Made by a program: the position numbers and the translations under genes. Positions 59,671 to 64,000 of a stretch of DNA of 64,000 nt are shown here, piece by piece (the stretch's first letter is position 1; each line of letters starts with the position of its first letter). Origin of the DNA: the human T2T-CHM13v2.0 reference genome, Homo sapiens; the NCBI RefSeq assembly GCF_009914755.1, contig NC_060947.1; one strand, given 5' to 3'. The notes below the pieces were generated by a model that searched no databases, was not told where the DNA came from, and saw only the letters and a list, made by a program, of their open reading frames with translations.

Positions 59671-61219
59671 GAGATCTTTTTTAATTGACACAAATTCCAT
59701 TTTATCTTATGTCTGAATCCTCAGCACCTAAACGAGTGTCTCATACGGTAAGAGCTCAGTAAACGTTGAATGAATAAATGATCAATGATATTTTTAGTGC
59801 CCTGGAGGGGAGGGCTTTGCCATTTAAGGGAACCCTGAGGTTAGGCCCTCTATAATGGAATGTGGGGAGTTGTATCCTAATTCACTCAATATTTGTGTTC
59901 TGACTTTAATTTATTGGGTCTCCTTCATACCCTCAGTAGAGCAGTTTAGTGATTTTACGTTTCTTTCCTCCTCAAATGACGGGGGCTGTGATGGAGAGAC
60001 ATACTTTTGTGACAGAGACAAGAATTTAGCCCTCTACTCAGCTTTAGGCCCCAGAATTCCCAGCTCACTGGGCTTCTGTCCAGGTGGTCTGAAAAGGAAA
60101 CTGGACCAAATTGCCCACCTATGAGCCCAAGAGGCTGAGTGCACCATTCATGGCTGGTGCTGCCATGTGTCAGGTGGCCCATCCTGCAGGATGTCCCAGC
60201 AAAGTAATCAGATCAAAAGTGAGAACTTTCCACTCCTGGATCTGCCCCCCTGCATATGATCAGGGCAGGGGGTGTGAGGGCACACGTTTCTAGAGATGAG
60301 TTGTCAAATGATGAGCTGTTCCTCAGTTGAGAGCTTTGTATAGCAAAAGTTCCTGGCTAGCCACATTTGAAGGTGGCTCCAACACCACAACTGTGATAGA
60401 AGGCATTTGCAGAGATGCTTTGTTCAAATCCTATACTGAGACACTCAAAACATGTAGAGACTCTAGGCTGAAGTTGAAGAGTGTGACAGGAAATCAGCAA
60501 TTCTCTGGTTTGCTGCACTGAGCCTCAGTTGTCTCATCTGTCAAATGGAGATGATTAACATAGCCTAGTGTTGCTGTCATCATTCAATAAGATTATTAAT
60601 TTGTTTTTCAACCTACATTTATTGAGCACACACTGTATGTCAAGCATTGTGACACAGACATGGCCCCTGCTCTCAAGGCTATTTAAGGAAAATGAGCTGG
60701 GTATAACTGAGTTGTGCCTGAAGCAGTACCTTAGGGGCAGTGGCCACCACCATGACATGTGGGCAGAGTAGCAAGGACACCCATGAGATCTGAGACCTGC
60801 AGTCACAGGCTGGAGTTCAGAAGCATGTTTGTCACCTTTGTGCCTTTGCCCTCTCTGCTGGAAAAAGTTGTGCAGCCAATGTGACATCACTTTGGAAAGA
60901 AAAGGTGAATTCTTTAGGAGAGAGTAGGTTAAATATAGTGAATGAAATCATTCATCTAGATGACTTGATGACCCCAGCTTTTTATGAGGGGCATAGAAGT
61001 GGAAGGTGACATGGCCCAACAAGCACAGCAGGCAGAACCAGATTAAAATTAAGTAGGCAAAATATCAAACTCCGAAATGTTTTAGAAAATAAATTTTAAG
61101 TTACAGAAGCACATAAAGAACACTTGTCATGAATGTGCATGCAAATGCACCAACAACAGAGCCAGGCACACACAGTCGGTGCTCAATAAGTGTACATTTC
61201 TAGGTATTAATTTGAGGGG

Positions 61220-61700
61220 AAGCAGGATGGCACTCAGGTAGAAAACTTGACTTCCAAGTCCAATCGGCCTGGACTCATCCAGATTTGCAATTTACCAGCT
61301 CTGTAATGTACCTTCACTGGCACATCCAATAAAAACTTGGTGAGCACCTACTATGTGCCAAGCACTCTCATAGCCCCAGGGGTACAGCTAAGGGGGAAAA
61401 ATAGACAAAAATCCCCAATTTTGTGGAGTTACATTCTAGTACGGAGAGACAGACGATAAACAAGTAAAAGATATAATATGTTGGAAGCTGATAAGTGTCA
61501 CGGAGAAAAATAAAGCCAAGAAAAGAGATAGGGTCTAGGAAAGAGGATTGCTATTGGACATGTGACTTAACCTTTCTGAGCCTCAACTTTCTTATCTGTG
61601 AAATAATATAAGATCTCACCTCACTGGACACCCTTGATGATTACACTAGGCAATATAGATAAAGTGGCTAATAGCGCCTGGGCCCTAAGAAGGACTTAGT
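61220..61700. mobile_element. MIR (+) interrupted by an L2 fragment (-, ~61315-61550)
   Basis: MIR 5' half, then gagcacctactatgtgcc, then ctgagcctcaactttcttatctgtgaaat. Confidence 0.6.
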
Positions 61701-62580
61701 GCCGGGACCCTCTCTATTCCTCCCTTCACATGCTGAGGCCAACAGAAATCACTTGACCAGTATTCAGAAGAAACATCTTCCTTGCAGCATTTCAGAATAT
61801 CGCTGGCCATTTTTGTCTGTATCTATAGTAAGGCCATAATCTTGACATTAGAAGATTTCAGGCATTTGCTCTCATTTATAGTCAAGCACCCTAGGTTATG
61901 GGAAACACACAGACTTGGGAACCAGAAAGACAGGATTTCAAATCCTAGCTTCTTCGCCTCTGCCAGCTGTCAAACCTGGAGCCTTGGATTCATTGCTGTT
62001 AAACTAGAAATGATGGTGCCTACAGCAGAGGAGAGGGTGAAGGAAATCATACGCAGCACAGCACGGAGCACACTCCCTAGGTGTAGTGGGAGCACAGCCA
62101 ATTACTGTTCCTTCTCTTCTACAGGCACCAGAGAAACGGATTGTCATCTCCAGAAGCCAGCTGGTGACAGCATCAGCTCCTACATCAACATGTGGCACCT
62201 GTTTATGCCTTACCTGGTATCAGTCAGGCACTGCCAGGCAACAGTCTTCACCCCAGGAGGTTCAGATAAACAGACCTGAATGTAGGGTACACGTGCAGGG
62301 GTGCTGACAGGTGAAAAGAACCAGGAGGGGATGCTGAGTACCCAGAAACTAGGAACAGCTGGAAGGCATTACCACTCCTAGGGACAAGGGGAAGGAGTCA
62401 TGTTATATGGAAGCCCAGGGAGAGGTGGGACCTTGGAGGCCTCCAGAGGAAGCCACACTGAGGGATGGGCATTGCCTCCCTTACAGCAGGGAGGGAGCAA
62501 AGAAGAAATACCCTGACCTCTCCCTCCTGCCACCTCCAAGTTATTGCTCCCACTGGCCAAACCCAAGAGAAAGCTTAGGG

Positions 62581-63402
<822 letters not shown>

Positions 63403-64000
63403 CTTTGTAAAACAAGATTCCTGGAAAGCAGCTTCCCTTCTTCCAGAACACAGGCAACTCAGAACTCTCCATGGCCAGCCATCAGCAGCCCCCCTCATCT
63501 GACAGCCACAGGCCCACCAACCCTACACTCACCCTGTCCTTCCTCTTCTCCAGGTCTCATCTTCTGCCTGATCCCTGTTAAGCCTCCAGGGCCTGCCTGC
63601 CTGGTTGCTCCACTGTTGACACCACATGCGTGTGCACACAGGCACATGCACCTGCACAAACACACAGTCCGATTAGCTGCACCTGGATGCCTGGCCCATT
63701 TCCTAGGGGAAGATGAGTCAACCACTCCTTGGGGCCCTGTAACATGCGGTGCTCAGGCCAAGAGGTCACGATTCCTGGTGACATGACATTGCCTATCTGC
63801 AGGCAGCCCTGCCACACAGTGGCTTCCCCTAACATCTTTGTGCGAGAGGATCATGCCTGGACTCCAAGCCATCCCGGTCTTATGAAACAAAAATCGCCCG
63901 TTCTGCATCAGCTAGATGGAATTGGGGTTTTCCACCACGGACAACCTAAAGCACCCTGACTGAAATGGAGCTTGGGAGAAAATATCTTCCCCGTGGGGAT

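Noticed and set aside
63928-63948. REST/RE1-like CACCACGGACA
   Set aside because: Only the central 11 bp match; both flanks deviate from the consensus.

Overview
Primate (human-like) genomic DNA, non-coding and dominated by transposable elements. It is not prokaryotic. I see no host protein-coding exon, RNA gene or CRISPR array, and all ORFs with recognisable homology come from LINE-1. The main feature is a decayed full-length L1PA7-like element (~5942-13930). It carries an AluY inside ORF1, an open antisense ORF0-like frame, and a duplicated ~1.1 kb 3' end whose two copies look like different L1PA subfamilies, which suggests an L1-into-L1 chimeric insertion. The rest is a dense mosaic of MaLR LTRs (MLT1/MST/THE1), about 11 old ERVL-type (LTR16/LTR33-like) LTRs, L2, MIR, Alu, DNA-transposon relics, several multi-layer nests, and a 17-bp minisatellite born inside an MLT1 LTR. 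A few repeat-free, motif-rich islands are candidate enhancers. Subfamily names come from remembered consensus sequences, not a RepeatMasker run, and old-repeat boundaries are approximate. I found no evidence of a novel gene system and cannot identify the locus.
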